Below are positions 1 to 8,691 of a stretch of DNA of 64,000 nucleotides, in pieces. The notes under the pieces were generated by a model. It made no database searches. It was not told the origin of the DNA and was given only the letters and a program-made list of their open reading frames with translations. The stretch is taken from NCBI GenBank assembly GCA_964604305.1, contig CAZRYM010000003.1, forward strand, positions 9,186-73,185, read 5' to 3'. Position numbers and translations under genes: made by a program. Source of the stretch: an uncultured Thermotogaceae bacterium. Lineage in GTDB: Bacteria; Thermotogota; Thermotogae; MWEM01. Numbering within the stretch: the first letter of the stretch is position 1; the number at the start of each line of letters is the position of its first letter.

Positions 1-1094
1 GCAGCAAAAAGGCAAGCTAACAGACCATCTTTTTCCAAAACATGTTCTTTTATGCTCAATCCACCACTTTCCTCTCCACCCAGGATATACTCTCCAGTTG
101 AGAGTAGTTCGCCAATAAATTTGAATCCTACAGGTGTTATTTTTGTTTTGTGATTATAATGCAAGGCGATTCTATCCATCATATGTGAGGTTGCTATGCT
201 TCTTACCAGGTCTCCCTTCATCTTTTTGTTTTTGTAAAGATGAAGGGCAACCATTGCCAAATACTCATTGGGAGTGATAAATTCACCATTATCGTCTACG
301 ATACCAAATCTGTCTGCATCATTGTCAAGGGCAAGGCCCATATTCATTTCGTTTCTAATTATATCTTTGCCGAGAGTCTTTAATCTGACCTCATCCGGTT
401 CAGGACGGTATCCACCAAAATATGGATCTCTGAAATCGTTGTAATAGGTTATTTGAGATTGGTTTCCATAAATCCTGTTTAAGATGGTGTCAAGAAAATC
501 ATTACCGGTTCCAAATACCATGTCAACTCCGGCTTTTAATCCTGCGTTTCTCATTTTTACAACATCAAACTTTTTGATCATCATCTCGATATATTCTTCA
601 ATAGGAGTAATAACCGTGAATAGTTTTTTCTTTTTGGCCTTTTCAAGTTCTTTTTTTTGAACAGGAATTTTTCCTTCAGATATTTCAAGGACCTTTTTTT
701 CAATATATTCCGTGACATCGGGCATTGCGGGTCCGCCATCTTCAGGATTGAATTTTAATCCACAGTAATTATAAGGATTATGAGATGCGGTTAAATTGAT
801 ACCACCATCGAGTTTTCTTGAAGTGATCAGATAAGAGATTACGGGTGTGGGAGTAGGTCTGTCACACATGATTACAGATATATCGTTACCCGTCAGAACT
901 TGAGCAACCCTCTCAGAAAAATCCTCCACCATGAATCGTGCATCATATCCTATGATGACCTTTGATGACTTCTTTTTTTTTGATTTCAGGTATTCGGCTA
1001 TGGCCTGAGAAACAATTTCAACATTTTCAAAAGTGAAATCATCTGCGATAATACCTCTCCATCCACTTGTTCCAAATTTAATCTGTTTAGTCAT
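1..1094 (-). CDS. Phosphoglucomutase/phosphomannomutase family protein (runs off the window; not in the ORF track)
   Basis: Manual translation from ATG at 1094 gives MTKQIKFGTSGWRGIIADDFTF, the phosphoserine motif LTASHNP and the metal-binding loop LDNDADRFG. SD GAAAGGAG lies upstream and the start overlaps the yhaM stop. Confidence 0.92.
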   Translation of the reverse strand, partial: MTKQIKFGTSGWRGIIADDFTFENVEIVSQAIAEYLKSKKKKSSKVIIGYDARFMVEDFSERVAQVLTGNDISVIMCDRPTPTPVISYLITSRKLDGGINLTASHNPYNYCGLKFNPEDGGPAMPDVTEYIEKKVLEISEGKIPVQKKELEKAKKKKLFTVITPIEEYIEMMIKKFDVVKMRNAGLKAGVDMVFGTGNDFLDTILNRIYGNQSQITYYNDFRDPYFGGYRPEPDEVRLKTLGKDIIRNEMNMGLALDNDADRFGIVDDNGEFITPNEYLAMVALHLYKNKKMKGDLVRSIATSHMMDRIALHYNHKTKITPVGFKFIGELLSTGEYILGGEESGGLSIKEHVLEKDGLLACLFA

Positions 1095-2163
1095 AAGAAG
1101 TTTCAACTCCTTTCACCTTTATCTTTCTATCTAAGAATCTGTTGTATTCACTCCATTGATTCTGAACAAAGGCGTTGTTATCATCAATGGTTTTTTTGGT
1201 GATTTCCCTGAACTGTGCAATTTTAGAATCTGCATTATCCGCAGAATGAACGATCATTGCTTCTATGGTTTTAGGCTTTATGGGTGCTCCCCATTCTATT
1301 TCGCCATGATGGGAGAGGATGATGTGATTGATTTCCATCAAAATCTCTCCGGGAAATCCTTCAATGGTTTCAGCATAACGATCCACCATTTCAATACCCA
1401 TGACGATGTGTCCCAACATCTCCCCGGAGCCTGAACGTTCAATTCCTGAGGGAGCCAAAAGGTATTCTTTGGTCTTTCCAATATCATGTAATAGAGCACC
1501 GGCTATTAGAATATCATCGTTTATATCCATATCAGGGTAATTTGCCCTGATAGACTTCACTAATTTTACTACATCCAACGAATGCTCAATCAACCCGCCT
1601 TTATAGGCATGGTGTACGGAAGTTGCCGCTGGAGAATCCAGAAAACGTACTACAAATTTTTCATCATGAATAAAAATGGTTTCAAGTAGTTCTTTCACAT
1701 ATTTATCATTAATTCCCTCAATCATTGTTACCAGTTCATCATAAATGGTTTTAACGTCTTTAGAAGTAATTTCTATGAATTTTTTCGGATCATAATCATC
1801 CTTCGATAAAACTGTTACAGCATCTTTGGAATTCTTTATGTTAAGCTGTTTTTTTGTATCAAACAACTTGATTTTGCCTTCTACTCTCACAACAATCCCC
1901 TGAGTTAGCCTTTCATCATTCAATTCAGCATTCCACCAATCAATGCCTCGCATGGTTCCGCTGCGGTCTTCAAATGTTAACAGGAGAAAATTTTTCCCGT
2001 CTCTTGTGGTTTGCATTCTCTTGCTGGTAACTTTTAAAACGCTGGATACATAATCGTCAAGCTCCATATCCGATATGAGTTTTCCACTGTTTTTAGGCAG
2101 GTAATTCCCATCTTCATGGGAAAACTCATCCATCTTTTCCCTAAGCAAATCTCCAAGTTTCAA
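1087..2163 (-). CDS. yhaM: 3'-5' exoribonuclease YhaM/Cbf1 family (OB fold + HD domain)
   Basis: N-terminal OB-fold (LLLTFEDRSG), HHAYKGGLIEHS, LLHDIGK and ILSHHG motifs. TTG start. Confidence 0.88.
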   Translation of the reverse strand: MKLGDLLREKMDEFSHEDGNYLPKNSGKLISDMELDDYVSSVLKVTSKRMQTTRDGKNFLLLTFEDRSGTMRGIDWWNAELNDERLTQGIVVRVEGKIKLFDTKKQLNIKNSKDAVTVLSKDDYDPKKFIEITSKDVKTIYDELVTMIEGINDKYVKELLETIFIHDEKFVVRFLDSPAATSVHHAYKGGLIEHSLDVVKLVKSIRANYPDMDINDDILIAGALLHDIGKTKEYLLAPSGIERSGSGEMLGHIVMGIEMVDRYAETIEGFPGEILMEINHIILSHHGEIEWGAPIKPKTIEAMIVHSADNADSKIAQFREITKKTIDDNNAFVQNQWSEYNRFLDRKIKVKGVETSYD

Positions 2164-2237
2164 CTGTACACATCCCTTCTGTTCTTCTCGATATGATGGT
2201 TATTCTATCATATCCAATTAACGGTTTTAATGGCCTC

Positions 2238-3347
2238 TCAAGTGGTATATTTTCTGATAACCCGTTTTGAAACTGCACAGGTTATCTCATAATTGATTGT
2301 ATCGATTTTTTTGGCGATTTCTTCGGCACTTATTTCGTCAGAACCCATTTTACCTAGAAGCACTACTCTTTCTCCCATCTCAATGTCTTCAATATCATCT
2401 ACATTTACAACAAACTGATCCATACAAACCCTTCCCAGTATTCCACATCTTTTGCCTTTTATGAGGACCTGCCCTTTATTTGAAAGGAGTCTGTTGTACC
2501 CATCCGCATATCCCACAGGTATGGTTGCAACCTTCATCGTTTTATCTGCCGTAAATGTTCTACCATAACTGATGGGGGTGCCTTTTGAAATACATTTTAC
2601 CATGGAAACTGTCGTTTCCCATGAAAGCACGGGACTAAGTTCCGTTTGCCTTCTCTCATTCTTTGGATCAAGGCCATATGAGGCTATCCCAATTCTGACG
2701 AAATCTAACAAGTTTTCTTCAAAAAACAACGCTCCAGCACTGTTCGCAACATGTTTGTAAACGATCTGTTCGAAATGTTTTGCAACATTTTTAAACCTTT
2801 CGTATTGAATTTTGGTGAATGCAGGATCTACTTCATCCGCTGAGGAGAAATGTGTGTACAGACCTTCTATCTTTAATCTTTTGTCGGACATGAGGTCATG
2901 AATCTTTTCAACGGCATCCACATGATTAAAGCCTACCCTGGACATTCCTGTGTCGATAATGACATGCGTTTTTAATGGTTTGTCTTGTAAAAATGGTTTC
3001 AATTTATTGTATTGGGCAGTTGAATAAATGGTGGCTGTCAGTTCGTTTTCCACCAAAAAATGACAGTATTCAGGTTTAAAATAATTCAATACTAATATGG
3101 GGGTTTTAATCCCGTTTTGTCTTAACTCGATGGCTTCTGACAGGAAGGCAACACAAAGATACTCGACGTTTTCTGCTTCAGCCACTTTTGCAAGTTCAAC
3201 CGCTCCATGTCCGTAACCATCTGCCTTTATAACCGGTATTATTTTGGTAGGAGAAACCTTGTTCTTAAAATACTGTAAATTATGTTTGTATGCCTTAAGC
3301 GAAATCAAAGCATGTGTATCTCTGAAATCGTTATTTGTTGTAAACAT
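2238..3347 (-). CDS. alr: Alanine racemase
   Basis: VIKADGYGHG (PLP lysine), DTGMSRVG, HFSSAD, ISYG, VGYADG, GRVCMDQ. Start moved to ATG 3347, just after the oadB stop. Confidence 0.92.
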   Translation of the reverse strand: MFTTNNDFRDTHALISLKAYKHNLQYFKNKVSPTKIIPVIKADGYGHGAVELAKVAEAENVEYLCVAFLSEAIELRQNGIKTPILVLNYFKPEYCHFLVENELTATIYSTAQYNKLKPFLQDKPLKTHVIIDTGMSRVGFNHVDAVEKIHDLMSDKRLKIEGLYTHFSSADEVDPAFTKIQYERFKNVAKHFEQIVYKHVANSAGALFFEENLLDFVRIGIASYGLDPKNERRQTELSPVLSWETTVSMVKCISKGTPISYGRTFTADKTMKVATIPVGYADGYNRLLSNKGQVLIKGKRCGILGRVCMDQFVVNVDDIEDIEMGERVVLLGKMGSDEISAEEIAKKIDTINYEITCAVSKRVIRKYTT

Positions 3348-3348
3348 C

Positions 3349-4491
3349 TTATCCCCCCAGTATTGACAGGAAAACACCGGCTGCTACAGCTGAACCGATG
3401 ACTCCGGCTACATTTGGTCCCATGGCGTGCATTAATATGAAGTTTGTGGGATCTTCTTTTTGAGCAACCATTTGAGCAACTCTTGCAGAGTCGGGTACAG
3501 CAGAAACTCCTGAACCGCCAATAAGAGGATTAATCTTTTCTTTCAGGAAGAGGTTCATGAATTTGGCGAATAATAAACCGCTTATCGTTGAAATCACAAA
3601 TGCAAAAGCACCCAAGAAAAGAACTAAAAGAGAAGTTTCGCTTAAGAAGACGTCTGCTTTGGCAGAAGCCCCCACAGAAAGACAAAGCATTATGATTGCA
3701 GGGTCTGCTATATATTTGGAACAAGCTTCAGCCAATCTTTTAGTGAGTCCGTTTTCCTTTAAAAAATTTCCTAGCATCAACATACCAACTAAAGGCAGTG
3801 CTTGTGGTACCAATAATCCAATAAATACCGTTGTAATAATTGAAAAAACCAATTTTTCAACTTTTTTAACCTTTCTTGGAGGTTTCATTCTAATAAGTCT
3901 TTCCTTTTTTGTCGTGAATAATCTCATCAAGGGAGGTTGGATAATCGGTATTAACGCTATATATGAATAGGCTGCTATGGCAATAATTGCAAGCATATCA
4001 GGTGCAAATTTATTTGCTATATAGATAGACGTTGGTCCGTCAGCACCACCGATAATAGAAATTGCTGCAGAAGGTTCAAATGCAAAACCAAACTGTCTAG
4101 CCAAAAAGAATGCGATGAATATTCCGACCTGAGCAGCACCACCAAGAAAAATGGTAATGGGATTTGATAACATAAAAGAAAAATCGGTCAGTGCCCCTAT
4201 CCCCAAAAATATCAAGGGAGGATAAATACCGTACTGAAGACCCAAGTTGATGTAATACATCAATCCGCCGGCTGCAGTTGCAGTAGGTTCCAGAAACAAG
4301 CCGGTATAAAGTGGTGGTATATTTGCAAGAATCATTCCGAACCCAATTGGAATTAATAGAAGAGGTTCAGCGTGCTTAGCTACCGCAACATAAAGGAGCA
4401 CACAGCCCAAACCAATCATGAAAAGATTTCCAAGAGTTATTCCTGCAAATGCAGAATTTGTAAAAAAAGCCGTAAACGCCTTAACTAACAC
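3349..4491 (-). CDS. oadB: Na+-translocating decarboxylase beta subunit (OadB/GcdB/MmdB family)
   Basis: EPLLLIPIGFG, IIGGADGPT, INPLIGGSGVSAVP, HAMGPNVAGVIGS. Start moved to GTG 4491 behind a G-rich SD. Confidence 0.92.
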   Translation of the reverse strand: MLVKAFTAFFTNSAFAGITLGNLFMIGLGCVLLYVAVAKHAEPLLLIPIGFGMILANIPPLYTGLFLEPTATAAGGLMYYINLGLQYGIYPPLIFLGIGALTDFSFMLSNPITIFLGGAAQVGIFIAFFLARQFGFAFEPSAAISIIGGADGPTSIYIANKFAPDMLAIIAIAAYSYIALIPIIQPPLMRLFTTKKERLIRMKPPRKVKKVEKLVFSIITTVFIGLLVPQALPLVGMLMLGNFLKENGLTKRLAEACSKYIADPAIIMLCLSVGASAKADVFLSETSLLVLFLGAFAFVISTISGLLFAKFMNLFLKEKINPLIGGSGVSAVPDSARVAQMVAQKEDPTNFILMHAMGPNVAGVIGSAVAAGVFLSILGG

Positions 4492-4658
4492 TTGACACCC
4501 CCTGTAGTGTAAATGCAAAAAAATCAAAAAAACAAACATTCAGTTCTAATTTGGTTTTTGACCCCAAATTAACAACATAGATTCTAACATATAGGTGATA
4601 AATAATAAAGACTCGATATCATTTGAAATGATTATAACACCAAAAACGACAAACCGAT

Positions 4659-5579
4659 TTATCTTCTGTTCTTGTTGACACTGAATATTCCTACCGATAC
4701 CAGTGAGAGGGCAGCAATGATTGAGAATGAGAAAAACTCTTCGGGAAGGAATATGGAAGAAAGAATGGAGCCTGAAACTGGTATGATGAATTTGAATATG
4801 GTGATTTCCCCCGCTTTATGGTATTTTAGAAGTGCATACCATAAACCAAAGGCGATGGCAGAAAGAAAGGCCGAATAAATTAAAAGACCTGTACCCAGTG
4901 CAGTAAATTGCAGAACAGGTTTTTCTTTGGATATGAATGCCAGTAACATTAAAAGGATAGAACCGAACAACATCTGAAAAGCTGATATTCTGAATGGATT
5001 GATATCTTTCGCCATTCTTTTGGCAATGATAGTACCGATTGCATTTACGATCCCGGTGAATATTAGGAACCCTTCACCCTGAACGGTAAATATCCAGGTA
5101 AAATCCTTTCCCCAGTTGACGATGATAATACCTGCCAAGCCGGTTACTAATCCTATGGTTTTGGCTTTACTCATTTTATCATCGGTGTAAACAAAATGAG
5201 CTAATAAGACCATGAAGAAGGTACCGCCGGATGCCAGCACAGATGCTTTAATACCGGTGGTATTAGCCAGTCCATTATAAAAGAAATAATACTGCAGTGC
5301 TGTTTGAAAGATACCCAATAAAAACAGACACAGATATTTCTTTGTGCCTAATTTAAACAGCCCTTCTTTTGACTTTGATGAGATAAGAAAAAGAATCATT
5401 GAAGCCAGAAAAAACCGAATTCCTGCAAGTAAAATTCTACCGGAAACTGCCGTTTCTATACCAAATTCTTGATAAGCTACTTTTAAAACGGGGAAAGCAC
5501 TTCCCCAAAGAATTGCACATCCTATGGCAATAAGACTGGAATAAAGCTTATTTGAAAGGATCTTTTCCCATTTTCCCAT
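4659..5579 (-). CDS. DMT (EamA) family transporter
   Basis: About 10 hydrophobic segments in two EamA-like repeats (LWGSAFP..K, RF..A). Confidence 0.85.
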   Translation of the reverse strand: MGKWEKILSNKLYSSLIAIGCAILWGSAFPVLKVAYQEFGIETAVSGRILLAGIRFFLASMILFLISSKSKEGLFKLGTKKYLCLFLLGIFQTALQYYFFYNGLANTTGIKASVLASGGTFFMVLLAHFVYTDDKMSKAKTIGLVTGLAGIIIVNWGKDFTWIFTVQGEGFLIFTGIVNAIGTIIAKRMAKDINPFRISAFQMLFGSILLMLLAFISKEKPVLQFTALGTGLLIYSAFLSAIAFGLWYALLKYHKAGEITIFKFIIPVSGSILSSIFLPEEFFSFSIIAALSLVSVGIFSVNKNRR

Positions 5580-5591
5580 ATTGCTCCTCCG

Positions 5592-6779
5592 TTATTCTTT
5601 GGTGTTAAATAATACCATCATTGCAGCAAAAACCATGATGATATTCATGACAACGAACATGCTATTAAATGAATAGTTGGCAATAATACCACTAAAAACA
5701 GGCCCTACCATAGCTCCCAATGATCTAACAGAAGTTAATAGACCCATGAACTCGGCTTTTCTTTCCAAAGGACAGTTTAGGGAAATGAACGTGGAGGCAC
5801 CATTGATAAAGGCGCCATATGCCAAACCCAGAGAAAGATACCCTGCTGCCATCAATCGCCAGTCCGATGCAAAAAAGAATAGGATTGGTGTTAGGCTGGA
5901 AAAAAGAATTCCGCCAACCATGGACTTTTTAGGACCGTTTTTGGCTATAATACGACCTGAGAGCAAGTGTGAAATCATTTGAAACATTGGATTAAGAGAA
6001 GACAAGAGTACAGCCACTGAATACGACAACGTTAAATTTTCAGTCATGAAGATCAAAATAGCCGCCATGGTACCGCTAATGCCGAACTGTCTGACAAAGC
6101 TTCCCAAGTAGATAGCCCACAATCCGTTTTTTTTAAGAGGTGTATAGTCAGAGACGATTGGAAATAATCTGTGTAAAAGATTGCTTGATTTTTCTTTTTT
6201 TGTCCTTCTGTTACCTTCTTTGATAAATAGTCCCGTTATGAGGGGAAGCCAAGAGATAAAACAGAATATCATTATGGCCTGTTTCGGACTGTTTTCAATG
6301 AAAAAGTACGCTAAGGCAATTCTTCCAACGAACATCCCAAGAGAAAAGGATGTATTTAACAAAGCTAATTCTCTGGAGTTAGAACGAATATCGTCATCGG
6401 CATATTCCGTTGCCAAAGCCATTGAAATCGGTTGCATTCCCTTTTTAAAAAAGGCTGAAATACCAAGAAAAACCAGGAGGACCAAGGGATTATCACTTAA
6501 GAGAAAAAGAGGAAAACTGATGGCTGTTAAACCTATGGAAAGTAGTAAAAGAGGCTTTCTGTTTTGATGTTCATCTGAAATAGAACCCCACACTGCACCG
6601 GATAGTGTTGACATACCGCCATTGACAGTTGAAATAAGACTAATAACGAATATCGATGCGCCTACTTCCCTAAAACGCGATTGTAAAAGGATATTAAAAG
6701 TGAACGTTACAAGCATGCCGATTGTTGTTGTAATCAATAATGCCATTCTTTTTCTTGTTCTTGAGCTAATTGTGATCAT
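5592..6779 (-). CDS. MFS transporter
   Basis: About 12 TM segments and motif-A-like loops (WGSISDEHQNRK, SGRIIAKNGPKK). Confidence 0.85.
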   Translation of the reverse strand: MITISSRTRKRMALLITTTIGMLVTFTFNILLQSRFREVGASIFVISLISTVNGGMSTLSGAVWGSISDEHQNRKPLLLLSIGLTAISFPLFLLSDNPLVLLVFLGISAFFKKGMQPISMALATEYADDDIRSNSRELALLNTSFSLGMFVGRIALAYFFIENSPKQAIMIFCFISWLPLITGLFIKEGNRRTKKEKSSNLLHRLFPIVSDYTPLKKNGLWAIYLGSFVRQFGISGTMAAILIFMTENLTLSYSVAVLLSSLNPMFQMISHLLSGRIIAKNGPKKSMVGGILFSSLTPILFFFASDWRLMAAGYLSLGLAYGAFINGASTFISLNCPLERKAEFMGLLTSVRSLGAMVGPVFSGIIANYSFNSMFVVMNIIMVFAAMMVLFNTKE

Positions 6780-6865
6780 CCTCGTAGTTAGTCATCCGAA
6801 TTATCAAAACCAGTATACAACAATGATGAGATAATTTCAAATCTCGTTTCTGAGAAAATAATATC

Positions 6866-6880
6866 TGTGATATAATCACA
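6866..6880 (+). promoter_or_regulatory. Extended -10 promoter (TG-A-TATAAT) for the aro leader, embedded in the palindrome TGTGAT-ata-ATCACA
   Basis: TG at 6868-6869 and TATAAT at 6871-6876. The inverted repeat arms are 6866-6871 and 6875-6880. Confidence 0.55.
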
Positions 6881-6962
6881 CAGTAAAAAATGTAGAATGT
6901 TTAAAAAAGAAAAGTTATTAAAAAATATCTCTAAATCTTAATCGTCAATATGTGGTGAAAAA

Positions 6963-7028
6963 ATGAATCAAATTGTCAAAATCAAAAATGCATGTTTTTA
7001 TTATTATAAAAAGGGCAATCATCCGTAG
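6963..7028 (+). CDS. Putative attenuator leader peptide MNQIVKIKNACFYYYKKGNHP (21 aa; not in the ORF track)
   Basis: ATG 6963 preceded by GTGGTGA, control codons TTT TAT TAT TAT at 6996-7007, and stop TAG 7026-7028 inside the first hairpin. It lies directly upstream of DAHP synthase. Confidence 0.8.
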   Translation: MNQIVKIKNACFYYYKKGNHP

Positions 7029-7114
7029 GTAAGCTATTCCGGATGACTGCTCTTTTCAGTTTTTCCGGAGAGTAATTCAAATTCAGGAGTCTCCGGATTG
7101 GAGACTCTTTTTTT
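7009..7114 (+). promoter_or_regulatory. Transcription attenuator with mutually exclusive hairpins and an intrinsic terminator
   Basis: Stem 7009-7025 / 7040-7056. Antiterminator pairing TCCGGA(T)GACT 7038-7048 with AGTCTCCGGA 7088-7097. Terminator GAGTCTCC 7087-7094 / GGAGACTC 7100-7107 followed by T7 at 7108-7114. Confidence 0.8.
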
Positions 7115-7127
7115 ATGGAGGTTTATC

Positions 7128-8132
7128 ATGATCGTAATCCTTAAGAAAAATCACACAGAACAGGATTTGGAGCATATCATCGAAATTACTAAGGAGATGG
7201 GCTTTCAATCTCATGTTTCAAGGGGAACAGAAAAAACGATAATAGGGGTCATTGGAGATGATTCGTATGTAAGTGTTGATCGATTCGAGAATTTACAGTT
7301 TGTGGATAAGGTTGTGAAGGTTCTCAAACCTTATAAACTTGTGTCAAAAGAATTCCACCCTGAAATGACGGTGATTGATGTTGGCTCTGAAAACCTTATT
7401 GGCATGGGGTTCTCCATTATGGCTGGGCCTTGTGCTGTTGAATCCGAGGGGTTGTTGGATGAGGTGGGGGCCTTTTTAAGTGAGCAGGGAGTTCCTTTTT
7501 TAAGAGGTGGGGCTTTTAAACCCAGAACTTCTCCTTATTCCTTTCAAGGTTTGGGCTTGGAGGGGTTGAAGATATTAAAGAGAACAGCTGAAAAATACAA
7601 CCTCAAAGTTGTCACTGAACTCATGTCCGAATCTGAGAGCGATGTGTTGAATGAATACGCTGATATCATTCAAATAGGATCCCGTAATGCCCAGAATTTC
7701 AGATTGCTTGAAAGATGCGGGCACTTTGACAAACCCATTCTTTTAAAGAGGGGCTATATGAACAGAACGGAAGAATTTCTGCAGTCCGCTGAATATATCA
7801 TGGCAAACGGCAATCCTAATGTTATTCTTTGTGAGAGAGGAATTCGAACATTTGAAACGATCACCAGAAACACTCTGGATCTTTCAATTGTCCCATATGT
7901 CAAAGAAGAATCTCATTTGCCAATTATTGTGGATCCCAGCCATGCCACGGGAAAAAGAGAACTGGTACCAGCCATGGTTTACGCTTCCTGGGCGGCAGGT
8001 GCTGACGGTATTATGGTGGAAATTCATCCGAATCCTGAAAGGGCATTATCAGATGGTAGGCAATCGTTGGATTTCAAACAGTTTGAATCCATGAAAAAAA
8101 GACTCAACTGCTTAATACATCAAAGCAATTAA
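7128..8132 (+). CDS. aroF: DAHP synthase, type I-beta with N-terminal regulatory domain
   Basis: AGPCAVES, GGAFKPRTSPYSFQGLG, ILCERGIRTFE, IVDPSHATG, EIHP. ATG 7128 follows SD GGAGG. Confidence 0.95.
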   Translation: MIVILKKNHTEQDLEHIIEITKEMGFQSHVSRGTEKTIIGVIGDDSYVSVDRFENLQFVDKVVKVLKPYKLVSKEFHPEMTVIDVGSENLIGMGFSIMAGPCAVESEGLLDEVGAFLSEQGVPFLRGGAFKPRTSPYSFQGLGLEGLKILKRTAEKYNLKVVTELMSESESDVLNEYADIIQIGSRNAQNFRLLERCGHFDKPILLKRGYMNRTEEFLQSAEYIMANGNPNVILCERGIRTFETITRNTLDLSIVPYVKEESHLPIIVDPSHATGKRELVPAMVYASWAAGADGIMVEIHPNPERALSDGRQSLDFKQFESMKKRLNCLIHQSN

Positions 8133-8146
8133 TAGGGAGGTTCTAT

Positions 8147-8575
8147 ATGAATATACACATCCTTAACGGCCCCAATCTAAATTTATTGGGAAGAAGAAAT
8201 CCTGAACACTACGGAAGGCTTTCATATCCTGAATTGATGAACAATGTAAAAAAATATGCAGAGAAGAAAGGTCTTGAAATTAGTTGTTTCCAGTCTAATC
8301 ATGAAGGTGAAATTATCGATGATATTCATGGAAAACTGGATAAGATAGATGGTTTGATCATCAACCCGGGGGCATTAACTCATTACAGTTACGGCTTAAG
8401 GGACGCACTGGAAATAGTTGAGGTTCCAATTGTGGAAGTGCACCTGTCAAATATTCATGCAAGAGAATCCTTTCGAAATATGAGTGTTATCTCTCCTGTG
8501 AGCACGGGAACGATCTGTGGGTTAGGGATTAACGGGTATTTTTTGGCTCTTAATTATTTTCTCTCTATGAATTGA
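8147..8575 (+). CDS. aroQ: Type II 3-dehydroquinate dehydratase
   Basis: NGPNLNLLGRR.PE.YG, FQSNHEG, INPGALTHYS, EVHLSNIHARE.FR. Confidence 0.95.
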   Translation: MNIHILNGPNLNLLGRRNPEHYGRLSYPELMNNVKKYAEKKGLEISCFQSNHEGEIIDDIHGKLDKIDGLIINPGALTHYSYGLRDALEIVEVPIVEVHLSNIHARESFRNMSVISPVSTGTICGLGINGYFLALNYFLSMN

Positions 8576-8691
8576 TTCTTTCTTAGTTTATGTTAAGATA
8601 TAGATATGGTGTTTGATGACAAATTAAAATCCACTTTGAAAGAGTGATGAGCTAAATTAATAAGACAAAAGTTAGATTACTTATTTTTATT

